Source of the DNA: Spirochaetia bacterium | GTDB taxonomy: Bacteria; Spirochaetota; Spirochaetia; UBA9216 | DNA length: 64,000 bases | Assembly (NCBI GenBank): GCA_963677925.2 | Contig: CAXXYH010000003.1 | Location: 288,001-352,000, forward strand | Direction of reading: 5' to 3' | Part shown: piece after piece, positions 1 to 9,993 of the stretch | How positions within the stretch are numbered: the stretch's first letter is position 1 | Layout: every line of letters begins with the position of its first letter | Notes under the pieces: model-generated | Seen by the model: only the letters and a program-made list of their open reading frames with translations | Database searches by the model: none | What the model was told of the DNA's origin: nothing | Translations under genes and position numbers: made by a program

Positions 1-2
1 AA

Positions 3-650
3 ATGAATTACGGTGAAGCCCTGGAGATACAGCACAAGGCGGTATCCCTCATTCAGCAGGATAAACTTTCCAATACACTTTTTTTCGTTGAACATTCTCC
101 GGTTTTAACTCTTGGCAGGCGTACTGAAAGAAAGAATATACTCGCTACGGACCAAATGCTTGAGGATGAGGGTGTTGAACTCTTTGATGTAGAACGGGGC
201 GGTGATGTAACCTATCACGGACCGGGACAGCTTGTAGGATACCCTGTACTAAGACTTGAAGAATTCGGAAAGGATCTTCATCTTTATGTCAGCATGCTTG
301 AGAGTGTAATCGAAAATCTGCTGAAAGAAGAATACGGAATTGAAACAACCTCCGACAAGGGTAAGTATACAGGGGTATATATAGGCTCAAGAAAAATTAC
401 TGCAATCGGAATAGCTGTCCGGAAGTGGATAAGTTTTCACGGCTTTGCCTTTAATGTAAAAACCAATCTGAAACATTTTGACTGGATAATCCCCTGCGGA
501 CTTGCTGACCGAAGCGTTACTTCACTTGAAAAAGAACTTCAGGAAAAAGTCGACTTTGAACTGGTAAAACAGATGACACTTAAACATTTTTCGAATGTCT
601 TTAAAGTCGACATTGCTGAAAAAAGCATAGGAGAAATACTTGAAATCTAA
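3..650 (+). CDS. lipB: Lipoyl(octanoyl) transferase, probably lacking a few N-terminal residues at the window edge
   Basis: [38 protein letters not shown] and IIPCG motifs; overlaps lipA. Confidence 0.95.
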   Translation: MNYGEALEIQHKAVSLIQQDKLSNTLFFVEHSPVLTLGRRTERKNILATDQMLEDEGVELFDVERGGDVTYHGPGQLVGYPVLRLEEFGKDLHLYVSMLESVIENLLKEEYGIETTSDKGKYTGVYIGSRKITAIGIAVRKWISFHGFAFNVKTNLKHFDWIIPCGLADRSVTSLEKELQEKVDFELVKQMTLKHFSNVFKVDIAEKSIGEILEI

Positions 651-1506
651 TTCAGGCAGGCCGGAATGGCTTAAAGTAAGATACCGTGCAGGAGCTGATT
701 TTTCTTTTGTTGAAAACCTTCTTGAGTCTCTTAATCTTAATACTGTCTGTGAAGAAGCAGCCTGCCCCAACAAGGGTGAATGCTTTAACAGAAAAACAGC
801 CACTTTTATGATTCTTGGAAAAGTATGCACTAGAAACTGCACCTTCTGCAATGTATCAGGCGGAACTCCTGAAGATGTATTATCTTCTGAACCTGAGAAT
901 ATTGCACAGGCTGTAAAAGAATTAAAGTTGAAGCATGTCGTCATAACATCGGTTACAAGAGACGATCTTCCTGACGGCGGCTCCGGTCATTTTGCTGAGG
1001 TAATCAGCGAAATAAGAAAAGCCTATGCAGATGTGATTATTGAGGTTCTCATACCTGACTTCCAGGGCATTACAGATGATCTGAAAAGAGTTATTGATGC
1101 CGGTCCTCATATTATAAATCACAACGTTGAAACCGTGCCCCGGCTCTACGATGAAGTACGTCCAATGGCCGATTACCGGCAGTCGCTGGAACTTCTCGAA
1201 AAAGTTAAAACTTTTTCTGACGGGATCTATACGAAATCTGGGCTTATGACCGGTCTCGGTGAGAAAACTGAGGAAGTTATTCAGGTTTTCAGCGATCTTA
1301 GAAAAGCGGACTGTGATTTTCTGACTGTCGGACAGTATCTTGCACCTTCAGACAAACATCATCCCATAATCGAGTACACAACACCGGAGCAGTTTGACAT
1401 GTACGCGGAACAGGCCATGAAACTTGGTTTTCTGCATGTCTCATCCGCACCGCTTGTCCGCAGTTCATATCTTGCAGATGAAGCAATAAAAAATATTAAG
1501 TCCTGA
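640..1506 (+). CDS. lipA: Lipoyl synthase (radical SAM), TTG start
   Basis: [25 protein letters not shown] and C-terminal RSSY; AGGAG RBS upstream. Confidence 0.97.
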   Translation: MKSNSGRPEWLKVRYRAGADFSFVENLLESLNLNTVCEEAACPNKGECFNRKTATFMILGKVCTRNCTFCNVSGGTPEDVLSSEPENIAQAVKELKLKHVVITSVTRDDLPDGGSGHFAEVISEIRKAYADVIIEVLIPDFQGITDDLKRVIDAGPHIINHNVETVPRLYDEVRPMADYRQSLELLEKVKTFSDGIYTKSGLMTGLGEKTEEVIQVFSDLRKADCDFLTVGQYLAPSDKHHPIIEYTTPEQFDMYAEQAMKLGFLHVSSAPLVRSSYLADEAIKNIKS

Positions 1507-1518
1507 TTTTTACAGGGC

Positions 1519-1551
1519 AAAAAAAAGCAGCCGATCTCCAGCTGCTTTTTT
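1519..1551. terminator. Bidirectional intrinsic terminator between convergent lipA and hydA
   Basis: aaaaaaGCAGC-cgatctcca-GCTGCtttttt. Confidence 0.8.
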
Positions 1552-1565
1552 ATTTTAAGAATCTG

Positions 1566-2969
1566 TTAGACTATCTGAGGACCCTTTCTCATGAGGTACT
1601 GTCCAAAGCCCTTCTCAACGCAGAGTTTATCTCCGTCGGTAACGGTAGTTCCGCGGATGATTGTTCTCACCGGCATACCTTTGATTTCCATGCCTTCGTA
1701 TGCGTTGTAGTCAACATTCATATGATGTGTCTTTGCAGAGATTGTATGCGTCTTCTCAGGATCCCAGAATACGATATCAGCATCTGAACCTACTGAAATT
1801 GTACCCTTTCTAGGATAGAGGCCCATAGCCTTTGCTGTATTAGTAGATGTTATAGCAACAAAACGGTTAAGATCAATTTTACCGGAGTTAACACCGTTAT
1901 GGTACATTACCATCATTCGGTCTTCAATTCCGGGAATTCCATTAGGAATCATATGCCAGCCGGGTTTACCCAGTTCCTTACCTGCTTTTTTGCCGTCAAC
2001 TCCGCCTTCATAATTGAAGGAGCAGTGGTCTGTAGAAACACACTGAAGAGTAGTATTTCTTAGAGCTTCCCAGATATATTTTGCATCTTCCGGTGTTCTT
2101 ACGGGTGGTCCGCATGCCCATTTGGCACCTTCAAAACCGGGAACACGCATATCGTCTTCAAACTTGAACATATACTGAGTACATGTTTCTCCCATTACTT
2201 TGTAACCCTTTGAACGTCCAATAGCCATCTGCTCGATAGAATCGCTGCAGGACATGTGGACAACGTAGAGTTTTGCACCTGTAATGGCAGCCATGGCAAT
2301 GGCTCTGGCAGTAGCCTCACCCTCAATCTCACGCGGATGTGCGACAAGATGATACTTGGGCTCGAGTTTGCCTTCAGCAACAAGCTTTTCAGTAAGCAAA
2401 GCAATGGCATCTCCGTTCTCGGAGTGTGTCATTAACATTATATCAGCCTCTGCAGTTTTCTCCATAGCCTTATACAGCGCGGTATCATCAACCATAAAAG
2501 CGCCTTTGTAAGCCTGAAAAACCTTCAGAGAACAAACACCGATATCATTGAGGGTGGAAATTTCATTGATAGATTCTTCTGTAGGATCGGTTATAGCAAT
2601 ATGGAAACCATAATCGATGATGGTATTTCCCTTTGCCTTTTCCTGCCACATTTCAACACCCTGTTTCAGGGTCTGACCTTTCTGCTGTAAAGCAAAGTCA
2701 ATGTGAGTAGTTGTACCGCCGAATGCAGCTGCTGACTGTCCTGTGTAGAAATCGTCAGCTGTTATTGTACCGCCGAATGGCATATCCAGGTGGGTATGCG
2801 CATCGATACCACCGGGTATAAGGTATTTTCCTGAAGCATCTATAACTTCAGCGCCTTCTGAAGGAAGGTTTGATCCAATCATGGCAATTTTCTCGCCGTC
2901 GATCAGAACATCAGCCTTATAGGTGTCACTGGCGGTTACAATTGTACCGTTTTTAATAAGGGTCTTCAT
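1566..2969 (-). CDS. hydA: Dihydropyrimidinase / D-hydantoinase (HydA/HyuA family)
   Basis: PGGIDAHTHLDMPF, GGTTT, SLKVF, HSENG, VVHMS, STDHC, PNGIPGIE; GGAGG RBS. Confidence 0.93.
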   Translation of the reverse strand: MKTLIKNGTIVTASDTYKADVLIDGEKIAMIGSNLPSEGAEVIDASGKYLIPGGIDAHTHLDMPFGGTITADDFYTGQSAAAFGGTTTHIDFALQQKGQTLKQGVEMWQEKAKGNTIIDYGFHIAITDPTEESINEISTLNDIGVCSLKVFQAYKGAFMVDDTALYKAMEKTAEADIMLMTHSENGDAIALLTEKLVAEGKLEPKYHLVAHPREIEGEATARAIAMAAITGAKLYVVHMSCSDSIEQMAIGRSKGYKVMGETCTQYMFKFEDDMRVPGFEGAKWACGPPVRTPEDAKYIWEALRNTTLQCVSTDHCSFNYEGGVDGKKAGKELGKPGWHMIPNGIPGIEDRMMVMYHNGVNSGKIDLNRFVAITSTNTAKAMGLYPRKGTISVGSDADIVFWDPEKTHTISAKTHHMNVDYNAYEGMEIKGMPVRTIIRGTTVTDGDKLCVEKGFGQYLMRKGPQIV

Positions 2970-2998
2970 TGTATTACCTCCGAAAAATTACATTCACG

Positions 2999-3014
2999 AT
3001 GTTAGCGTGAACAA
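2999..3014 (-). promoter_or_regulatory. Candidate operator (TTGTTCACGCTAACAT on the minus strand) just downstream of a TTGCCT-N17-TAGAAT promoter for hydA
   Basis: Same wTGTT-N6-AACAT palindrome at 24010 and 61490. Confidence 0.55.
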
Positions 3015-3065
3015 TTACATTCTAATACCTATATATTAATCAGGCAACCTGAAATTGTCTTATAT

Positions 3066-4994
3066 TCAGGGTTTTGTATCGTTGAGAACTTTTATGATGT
3101 AAAGTGACAGATACTGTCTGAATTTTTCCTTCTTTTTTATAACATTGAAGGCGCTGTTTCTTGAAAGCAGTTCAGCAATATTCTCAACACGCTCAGGATC
3201 TGGCACAGCAAAGGCTGTTTCTCTGAGGATCTTTCTCATATAGTCACGGACCATATTCTTAACATCCTTGACGAGATTGTTTCTTGCTTCATAATCGAGT
3301 AGCGGATTCCATTCCTCCTGAAGTTCAGTAAGGGTGTTTTCAATTGTAAAACTTGTATAATTATACCTTAGCTTAAGCAATTCTACACCCTTCTTATAAT
3401 CCTGAGAGGAAACCTTTTTGACGGAACCTGCTGCCGTAGATCTTGGAACATGATTTGAATCTGAAATAGTTATCCTGGATTCTTTAGTTTCAGAGGCCGT
3501 CTTTTTAACCTTCCGCTTGCGGCGTCCACGGAACATGAATACAAGCTTTCTGAGAAAAGAAAAACTCATCCAGAACGGCATTGAACTTCTGGCTACTGAA
3601 TACAAATCCTTCCTGCGGAGATCAAGAATAATAGAAATAGGCTTCATATGAACGGCCTTATCCTCCATCCAGCCCTGAATTACCGCCTTCAGTTTGATAT
3701 TCTTTGATTCCTGCATGGCAAGATAAAGAAGTTCATAACTTAAAAGAGCAAAAAGCAGGGGATCTTCCTTTTTTATGTCCTTCACCAGTTCCGCATGATA
3801 TACCTCATCACTTGTCATGGCAGGCAGCATTCTGTACTCATTCATCGCATCAATCCAGTTATCAAGAATCTTCTTGCGGTAAAAATCATGAGCATTCGCA
3901 ACCTTTCGGTGTACAAGTGTCAGGATGGAAGACTTATGGATGTAATAAATCTTCTTGTCAACGGTCTTAATTTTTACAAGCTCAGGAAGTATTTCATCTT
4001 CCTTAATCTTCAGCTTGCCTTCAATAAACTCATGAAGATCTTTTTTTGAAAACTTGCTGTTAAGGTAGGGACCGGATTTATCCTTAAAATCATAAATATC
4101 ACTGATAGAATAATAAAAGGGTTCCTTCTTAAGCTGATCCCCTACACTTTTAAGGGCACTTTCCTTCTGCTTCTGCCGCTGTACAATACCTTTATAATAA
4201 AGAATATAACCGTGAATAAGGATGGAGGAATGAAGAATGCCCTCATCCTGACTTGTTTTATTCTCTTTATCTGAAAGTTCCTTCCTGATAAAGGCTGAAA
4301 GCTGGGTCCAGAATGTGAAAATAAACTCATCCGGCTTACGGATATTGGTTACAGCTCTGCCGGGGTTGCCCTGGATCATCTTTATTAGTTCTCCCAGTGC
4401 CCGGGTATTCTGCTTAAAAAGGGGTATCATCTTGTGGTAGATATAATTGGAATTATTTTTGTGAACCAGATAATTTCTCATCTTGTTAACAGCAAGTGAG
4501 AGAAGCCGGTTTTTTATCTGAGCTCCCGGAGCAATTATATTATTAACTCCGCTGCTGAACTTAAGACGGTAGAGCTGATTATCTTTTGAAGAATTAAGAA
4601 CTATTGTCATTTCATCAGGCATGTTCAAATTAAACAGACTGTCTTCCGGTATTCTGATGTTAATACTGTTTTCGGTAGGAAAAGGATAATCGGAATTAGC
4701 TTCAACTTTGGCAAATTCCGCTTCAACAGCTGTAGCCTGAAAACTGATGTTCTGGATAAATGTTATCCGGCTGCCCTCATATACAAGTTTACAGTCACCG
4801 GATTTTTCAAGATCGATGAGCATTGCTGTCAGAATATCATCGGTATTGGTCTCAAAAACTGAATATCGGTCATTTTCATCATTTAAAACGAGCTGATGAA
4901 TAAATTCCAGAAGGCTGTCGTAGTCAATTTCCCAGATATTTTTCCTTTTGGAATAAGCATTTATGATTCTTGTCAGAATATTGGTTCCGGCCAT
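3066..4994 (-). CDS. Hypothetical protein, 642 aa, largely helical and Lys-rich
   Basis: Long ORF with its own TTGACA-N17-TAGGAT promoter; no motif recognised. Confidence 0.8.
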   Translation of the reverse strand: MAGTNILTRIINAYSKRKNIWEIDYDSLLEFIHQLVLNDENDRYSVFETNTDDILTAMLIDLEKSGDCKLVYEGSRITFIQNISFQATAVEAEFAKVEANSDYPFPTENSINIRIPEDSLFNLNMPDEMTIVLNSSKDNQLYRLKFSSGVNNIIAPGAQIKNRLLSLAVNKMRNYLVHKNNSNYIYHKMIPLFKQNTRALGELIKMIQGNPGRAVTNIRKPDEFIFTFWTQLSAFIRKELSDKENKTSQDEGILHSSILIHGYILYYKGIVQRQKQKESALKSVGDQLKKEPFYYSISDIYDFKDKSGPYLNSKFSKKDLHEFIEGKLKIKEDEILPELVKIKTVDKKIYYIHKSSILTLVHRKVANAHDFYRKKILDNWIDAMNEYRMLPAMTSDEVYHAELVKDIKKEDPLLFALLSYELLYLAMQESKNIKLKAVIQGWMEDKAVHMKPISIILDLRRKDLYSVARSSMPFWMSFSFLRKLVFMFRGRRKRKVKKTASETKESRITISDSNHVPRSTAAGSVKKVSSQDYKKGVELLKLRYNYTSFTIENTLTELQEEWNPLLDYEARNNLVKDVKNMVRDYMRKILRETAFAVPDPERVENIAELLSRNSAFNVIKKKEKFRQYLSLYIIKVLNDTKP

Positions 4995-5002
4995 TAACAG
5001 TA

Positions 5003-5031
5003 ATCCTACCGGCGCTTCAACGCTTTGTCAA
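5003..5031 (-). promoter_or_regulatory. sigma70-type promoter; ATG lies 8 nt after -10 (probably leaderless)
   Basis: TTGACA-17 nt-TAGGAT-tactgtta-ATG, no SD. Confidence 0.65.
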
Positions 5032-5130
5032 CGATGTTATTTTTTGATGTTATTTTTTTTATTTCATCAATTTGAACTGTCAGAGGTTTTTACTTGCTTT
5101 TATTTCTTTTTTGCCTTTACAATAAATATT

Positions 5131-5895
5131 ATGAAAGATCTCAAATGGTATTTTCCGGATAATCTTTCAGCTGCAGTTGAACTATTTTCCGCTGGTAACA
5201 AACTTCATGGCGGGGGCACCTTTCTTTTCAAATCTCCGCTCAACACGCCCGGTCTGATTGATTTAAGACATATCACACAGATGAATACAATTGAAATTAC
5301 TGATGATACAATCAGAATCGGTGCGAACTGCACCTATACCGATATTTCAAAGTTTCTATCAGAATTAGATGCCGAAAATATTTTCACAGCATCGATCGGA
5401 AACGCGGCAGCAACTCCGCTGCGTAACCGAATCACATTGGGCGGCAGCATTCACGCTGCTCCGAAGTGGTCCGACATCACCGGCCCGCTTCTTGTTTCAG
5501 ACGCCGGACTTCTTATCAACGGTTCTGAAGCTTCGGTTTCTGCAAAAGACTATTACAGCAGCAGGGAACTTAGAAAATCAGGGATTATATCCGAGGTGCT
5601 TATAAAGCTTAGCAACTTAAAAGGCAGCTATTTCAGATATACCAGAACTGATTTCGATTACCCCTTCTTTACTGTCTCTGCAGGAGCAGCAGCAGAAGGG
5701 AAATTTAACGTTGCAGTAACCGGAATCTCCGGCGGTTATCTATTATACAGCGGTACCCCTGATGAAATTATTGAACAGATTGATGCAGAAGCCGTATTCA
5801 GCGATGAAAGAGGTACCGGAGCTGAATATCTGAAACACCGCCTTATGGTTGAACTTAAAAGAACTCTCTCAAAGACCGGAGGTGACAATGTCTGA
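5131..5895 (+). CDS. Xanthine dehydrogenase family FAD-binding subunit (YgfM-like, short); start MKDLKWYFP
   Basis: GGGT, IRIGA, LRNRITLGGSI; first gene of the operon, preceded by TTGCTT-N18-TACAAT. Confidence 0.85.
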   Translation: MKDLKWYFPDNLSAAVELFSAGNKLHGGGTFLFKSPLNTPGLIDLRHITQMNTIEITDDTIRIGANCTYTDISKFLSELDAENIFTASIGNAAATPLRNRITLGGSIHAAPKWSDITGPLLVSDAGLLINGSEASVSAKDYYSSRELRKSGIISEVLIKLSNLKGSYFRYTRTDFDYPFFTVSAGAAAEGKFNVAVTGISGGYLLYSGTPDEIIEQIDAEAVFSDERGTGAEYLKHRLMVELKRTLSKTGGDNV

Positions 5896-6376
5896 TTTTA
5901 TTGAGATGGATTTTATAATCAACGGCAGAAGGGAATCATACAGGTTCAACCCCGGCGATACACTGCTTAAAGTTCTGCGTGATAACGGACATACAGAAGT
6001 TCATAACGGCTGTGAAAGCGGCGACTGCGGAGCCTGTGTCGTAATCATGGATGGCAGAACGGTTAATTCCTGCGCTGTATTTGCAGCCACAGCCTCGGAA
6101 CGCGAAATTATAACAGTTAAGGGTATCGGCAGCGTTCACAAACCGCATCCCATCCAGACAGCCTTTGCCGAAGCAGGCGCTATCCAGTGCGGATTCTGTA
6201 CTCCCGGACAGATAATGAGTACATACGCACTTTTAATGAATAATCCTGATCCCGGAATAGGTGAAATTAAAAAAGCACTCGACGGCAACTTATGCAGATG
6301 CACAGGCTACAAAAAAATAATTGAGGCGGTTCAGTTATCTGCATCAAGAATGAGGGAGGCTGATAATGAAGCATAG
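5888..6376 (+). CDS. Xanthine dehydrogenase family 2Fe-2S subunit
   Basis: GCESGDCGAC, NSC, QCGFCTPG, GNLCRCTGY; GGAGG RBS. Confidence 0.95.
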   Translation: MSDFIEMDFIINGRRESYRFNPGDTLLKVLRDNGHTEVHNGCESGDCGACVVIMDGRTVNSCAVFAATASEREIITVKGIGSVHKPHPIQTAFAEAGAIQCGFCTPGQIMSTYALLMNNPDPGIGEIKKALDGNLCRCTGYKKIIEAVQLSASRMREADNEA

Positions 6377-8684
6377 TTTTAAAGAAGCCTCTGTATCTCA
6401 CCCTAAATATGATGCACTGTCACTGGCCTGCGGGAGCGAGCATTATACCGACGACTATAAAACTGATAATCCTGTTTATGTTGCCTTTCTCTATTCCAAA
6501 ATAGCCTTCGGTGAAATCATATCAATAGACACTTCTGAAGCTGAAAAAGCTGATGGTGTACAGGGGATATATCATTATGGAAATACCCCTTCTACACTGT
6601 ACACGACAGCAGGTCAGGGTTTTCCGGAACCATCTCCGTATGACTGCAGGATGTTCGATCGTTATGTCCGATTCTGCGGCGATCGTATAGCAGCTGTCGC
6701 TGCCGATGATATAGAAACTGCCAGAAAAGCCGTTAACCTGATTAAAGTTGAAATACGGGAAAAAACACCGCTTTTCGATGTTGAATCAGCGATGGAGTCG
6801 GATGCTCCGAGGCTTCATTTTGATGACGAATACCCTGCGATTCCGGTAACTTATAAACCCGAAAAAAACCTTGCCGCCGAAGTAATTATCGGATTCGGCG
6901 ATATGGAAAAAGGGTTTGACACAGCAGATGAAATTCTTGAGGACAGTTACAGCATGCAGTACGCGTCCCACTGTGCCATGGAGCCTCATTCAGTTATTAC
7001 ATATTTCGACAGCCGCGGCAGGCTTGTGATCGTTTCCGCAACCCAGGTTCCCTATCATGTAAGACGCATAACAGGAAGGGTCTGCGGCCGTGAGCTTAAA
7101 CAGATACGCGTAATAAAACCGCGTGTGGGCGGAGGATTCGGCGGAAAGCAGGAGGTTTTTCTTGAACCTGCGGCTGCATGGATAGCCTGGGACCTTAAAA
7201 GATCTGTTCGTATTATTCTTTCAAGAAAAGAAGTCTTTATCAGCAGCAGGACACGACATCCAATGCGGAGCCGTGTGAAAATCGGTTTTAAGAAATCCGG
7301 TAAAATAACCGCTCTGGAAATAGACGATCTGATGAACGCAGGAGCCTACGGACCGCATGCTCTTACTGTTCTTTCAAACGCAGGCGCAAAGGTACTTCCG
7401 CTCTACAATAAAATTGAGAATATGGCGTTCACGGGAAGGTCAGTATATACAAACCTTCCGGTAGGCGGGGCATATCGCGGTTACGGAGCTACCCAGGGTT
7501 ACTTTGCACTGAATCAGCATATAGATGAGATTTCAAGACGCTGCGGCATAGATTTTCTCGACTATGTGATGAAATGGCATATAAAATCGGGTGAAACATC
7601 CAAAGTCTTTGAAGCCCTCGGTGAGGGAAAAGAAGGCGTCAGTCAGTACATTCGGTCCTGCGGCCTTGATGAATGCATCAAAAGGGGCGCAGCCGCCATC
7701 GACTGGAAAAACAAACGCGGAAAAAAAATAAAAAAAGGAAGCCTTATAAGCGGCGTCGGCGCCTCTGTAAGCATGCAGGGGTCCGGAATTCCCGAGATTG
7801 ATATGGCAAGCTGTTATATCAAGATGAATGAGGACGGTTCTTTCAATCTGCAGACTGGAGCTACTGATATAGGCCAGGGTTCGGATACCATCCTTGCTCA
7901 GATTGCAGCTGAAGTGCTGCACACCGAAACAGCAGAATTTATTGTTCTCTCATCAGATACAGATACAACACCCTTTGATACCGGAGCTTATGCTTCTTCG
8001 ACTACATATGTAACCGGGAATGCTGTTAAAAATTGTGCTCAATCCGTTTTCAGTCAGATTATGGACGCAGCCTCTGAAATGCTGGGAATACCGGTTGATA
8101 AACTCAAGGCGGAAACAGGAATAGTAACAGCAGATAACGGAAAGAAAAGTATAACCTACGGTGAAATCTGCGCCTACAGACTTTATACTTCCGGACAGTT
8201 TCAGATTCAGGCTACCGAATCCTATGTCGGAAGTGAGTCGCCGCCCCCTTTCACAGCGCAGTTTGCTGAAGTAACTGTAGACACGGAAACCGGTGAAATA
8301 AAAGTAGTTAAATTTGTAACAGGCATGGACTGCGGAACAGCTCTCAACCCGATGCTTGCAGAAGGTCAGATAGAGGGAGCGGTCATGAACGGTATTTCCT
8401 ATGCTCTTACAGAAGAATACCTGTTCAATAAAGACGGCCGAATGACTAATCCGGACTTCGGAGCCTATAAAATCTTCAATGCAGCAGATGCTCCGGAGAT
8501 GGTTACAATTATTGCGGACAGTTTTGAAGAAACCGGACCTCTCGGAGCCAAAAGTGTCGGAGAGATTGCTCTTAACGGTCCGGCACCGGCAATTGCAAAT
8601 GCAGTCTTTGACGCTGTCGGAATAAGACTTACCCAGACCCCGTTTACAGCGGAAAAGGTATGGGAAAAACTTAACAGGGTTTAA
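6366..8684 (+). CDS. Molybdopterin-binding subunit, xanthine dehydrogenase family (XdhD/YgfN-like)
   Basis: MEPH, TQVPY, GGGFGGKQE, AYRGYGATQG, DIGQGS, GAYASSTT, GAKSVGE. Confidence 0.92.
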   Translation: MKHSFKEASVSHPKYDALSLACGSEHYTDDYKTDNPVYVAFLYSKIAFGEIISIDTSEAEKADGVQGIYHYGNTPSTLYTTAGQGFPEPSPYDCRMFDRYVRFCGDRIAAVAADDIETARKAVNLIKVEIREKTPLFDVESAMESDAPRLHFDDEYPAIPVTYKPEKNLAAEVIIGFGDMEKGFDTADEILEDSYSMQYASHCAMEPHSVITYFDSRGRLVIVSATQVPYHVRRITGRVCGRELKQIRVIKPRVGGGFGGKQEVFLEPAAAWIAWDLKRSVRIILSRKEVFISSRTRHPMRSRVKIGFKKSGKITALEIDDLMNAGAYGPHALTVLSNAGAKVLPLYNKIENMAFTGRSVYTNLPVGGAYRGYGATQGYFALNQHIDEISRRCGIDFLDYVMKWHIKSGETSKVFEALGEGKEGVSQYIRSCGLDECIKRGAAAIDWKNKRGKKIKKGSLISGVGASVSMQGSGIPEIDMASCYIKMNEDGSFNLQTGATDIGQGSDTILAQIAAEVLHTETAEFIVLSSDTDTTPFDTGAYASSTTYVTGNAVKNCAQSVFSQIMDAASEMLGIPVDKLKAETGIVTADNGKKSITYGEICAYRLYTSGQFQIQATESYVGSESPPPFTAQFAEVTVDTETGEIKVVKFVTGMDCGTALNPMLAEGQIEGAVMNGISYALTEEYLFNKDGRMTNPDFGAYKIFNAADAPEMVTIIADSFEETGPLGAKSVGEIALNGPAPAIANAVFDAVGIRLTQTPFTAEKVWEKLNRV

Positions 8685-8685
8685 G

Positions 8686-9993
8686 ATGAAAAAGAAGATA
8701 CTGCTTAAAAACTGCGTCATCGCCGACAGAACATTATTCATAGAGAACGGAGCCTTGCTGATTGAAGACGGAAGCATTAAAAAAATTACTTCAGCCCCCG
8801 ATTCAATCAAAACGGATTTAAATGATACTGATATTTTCGATCTGCAGGGCCGCCTGCTTCTCCCGGGACTGACAAATCCGCATACACACCTTTATTCATC
8901 ACTAGCAACAGGCCTGTCTCCGCTTAACACACCTAGAAACTTCTCGGAAATACTTTCAAATTACTGGTGGCCGCTTGATAAAGTTCATGATGAACAATCT
9001 GTTTACTACAGCGCTGTAGCCGGAATACTGGACGCTGTCAAGCACGGAGTCACATGTATCTTCGACCATCATGCTTCGATGAGTTTTGTTGAAGGCAGTC
9101 TTGATGTAATTGAAAAAGCTGTAAAGCTTTCCGGAATAAAGGCAGTACTATGTTATGAAACAAGCGGCCGTTACGGAATGGATAAGGTTCCTTTGCATGT
9201 TGAAGAGAATCTTGATTTTCTTCAGCGTCACACACATGATACTCATATTAAAGGAATGCTTGGTTTTCATGCAAACTTTACTCTGAGCAATTCTGCACTT
9301 GCTGAGACAGCAGAAGTTATCTCAAAATACCTTGGCGAAATCCCCATACACATTCACTGCGGAGAGGATAAGGCTGATCTTGATTTCTGTCTCGAAAGCG
9401 GATATTACGGTCCAGTAGACCGGCTTGATCGTTACAGACTGATCAATTCAAAATCAATTCTGGCACACTGTGTTCACCTTTCTCATAAAGACTATGAAAT
9501 ACTGCATGATGTTAAACCCCATATCGTAACCAATCCCGAATCAAATGCGAACAACCGCGTAGGAAAAATGGATCGTTCTATTCTGCCTTTTTTCACTCTG
9601 GGAACCGACGGGATGAGTTTTGATATGATTGCATCGCTTCGCTCAATGTATCTGCTGGGAAGGGGATATACCGAAGATATGAAAAAGCTTCATGACACTT
9701 TCTTCGGAGAAACAGCAAAACTCGTTCAGGATTATTTTCCTTCTTCAGGGACACTTGAGGAAGGAAAAGATGCAGACATCGCGGTACTCGATTATATTCC
9801 TCAGACAGAAATTAAGGCAGACAATCTGATAGGACATTTAATTTTTGGTGCAAAGGGCGGAAATGCTTATATGACCATTGCAAGGGGAAATATATTGTAC
9901 AGCAGCGGAAATATCAATTTCACTTACGAAGGAAGTTTGCGGACTGAAATCAAAAAAGCCGCGGCTGAACTTCACCGGAGGTATCATGGCTGA
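8686..9993 (+). CDS. ssnA: SsnA-like amidohydrolase
   Basis: HTHLYS, WWPLD, FDHHAS, HIHCGED, NPESNANNRVG, LGTDG; context with ygeY and ygeW. Confidence 0.8.
   Translation: MKKKILLKNCVIADRTLFIENGALLIEDGSIKKITSAPDSIKTDLNDTDIFDLQGRLLLPGLTNPHTHLYSSLATGLSPLNTPRNFSEILSNYWWPLDKVHDEQSVYYSAVAGILDAVKHGVTCIFDHHASMSFVEGSLDVIEKAVKLSGIKAVLCYETSGRYGMDKVPLHVEENLDFLQRHTHDTHIKGMLGFHANFTLSNSALAETAEVISKYLGEIPIHIHCGEDKADLDFCLESGYYGPVDRLDRYRLINSKSILAHCVHLSHKDYEILHDVKPHIVTNPESNANNRVGKMDRSILPFFTLGTDGMSFDMIASLRSMYLLGRGYTEDMKKLHDTFFGETAKLVQDYFPSSGTLEEGKDADIAVLDYIPQTEIKADNLIGHLIFGAKGGNAYMTIARGNILYSSGNINFTYEGSLRTEIKKAAAELHRRYHG

Noticed and set aside
5033-5070. Short GATGTTATTTTT duplication and TTGATG..CATCAA inverted repeat before the purine operon
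   Set aside because: Low-complexity T-rich context and no second copy found in the window
7953-8810. 285-aa antisense ORF and many other short overlapping ORFs in the track
   Set aside because: Shadows of well-supported genes on the other strand or frame, with no RBS or motifs
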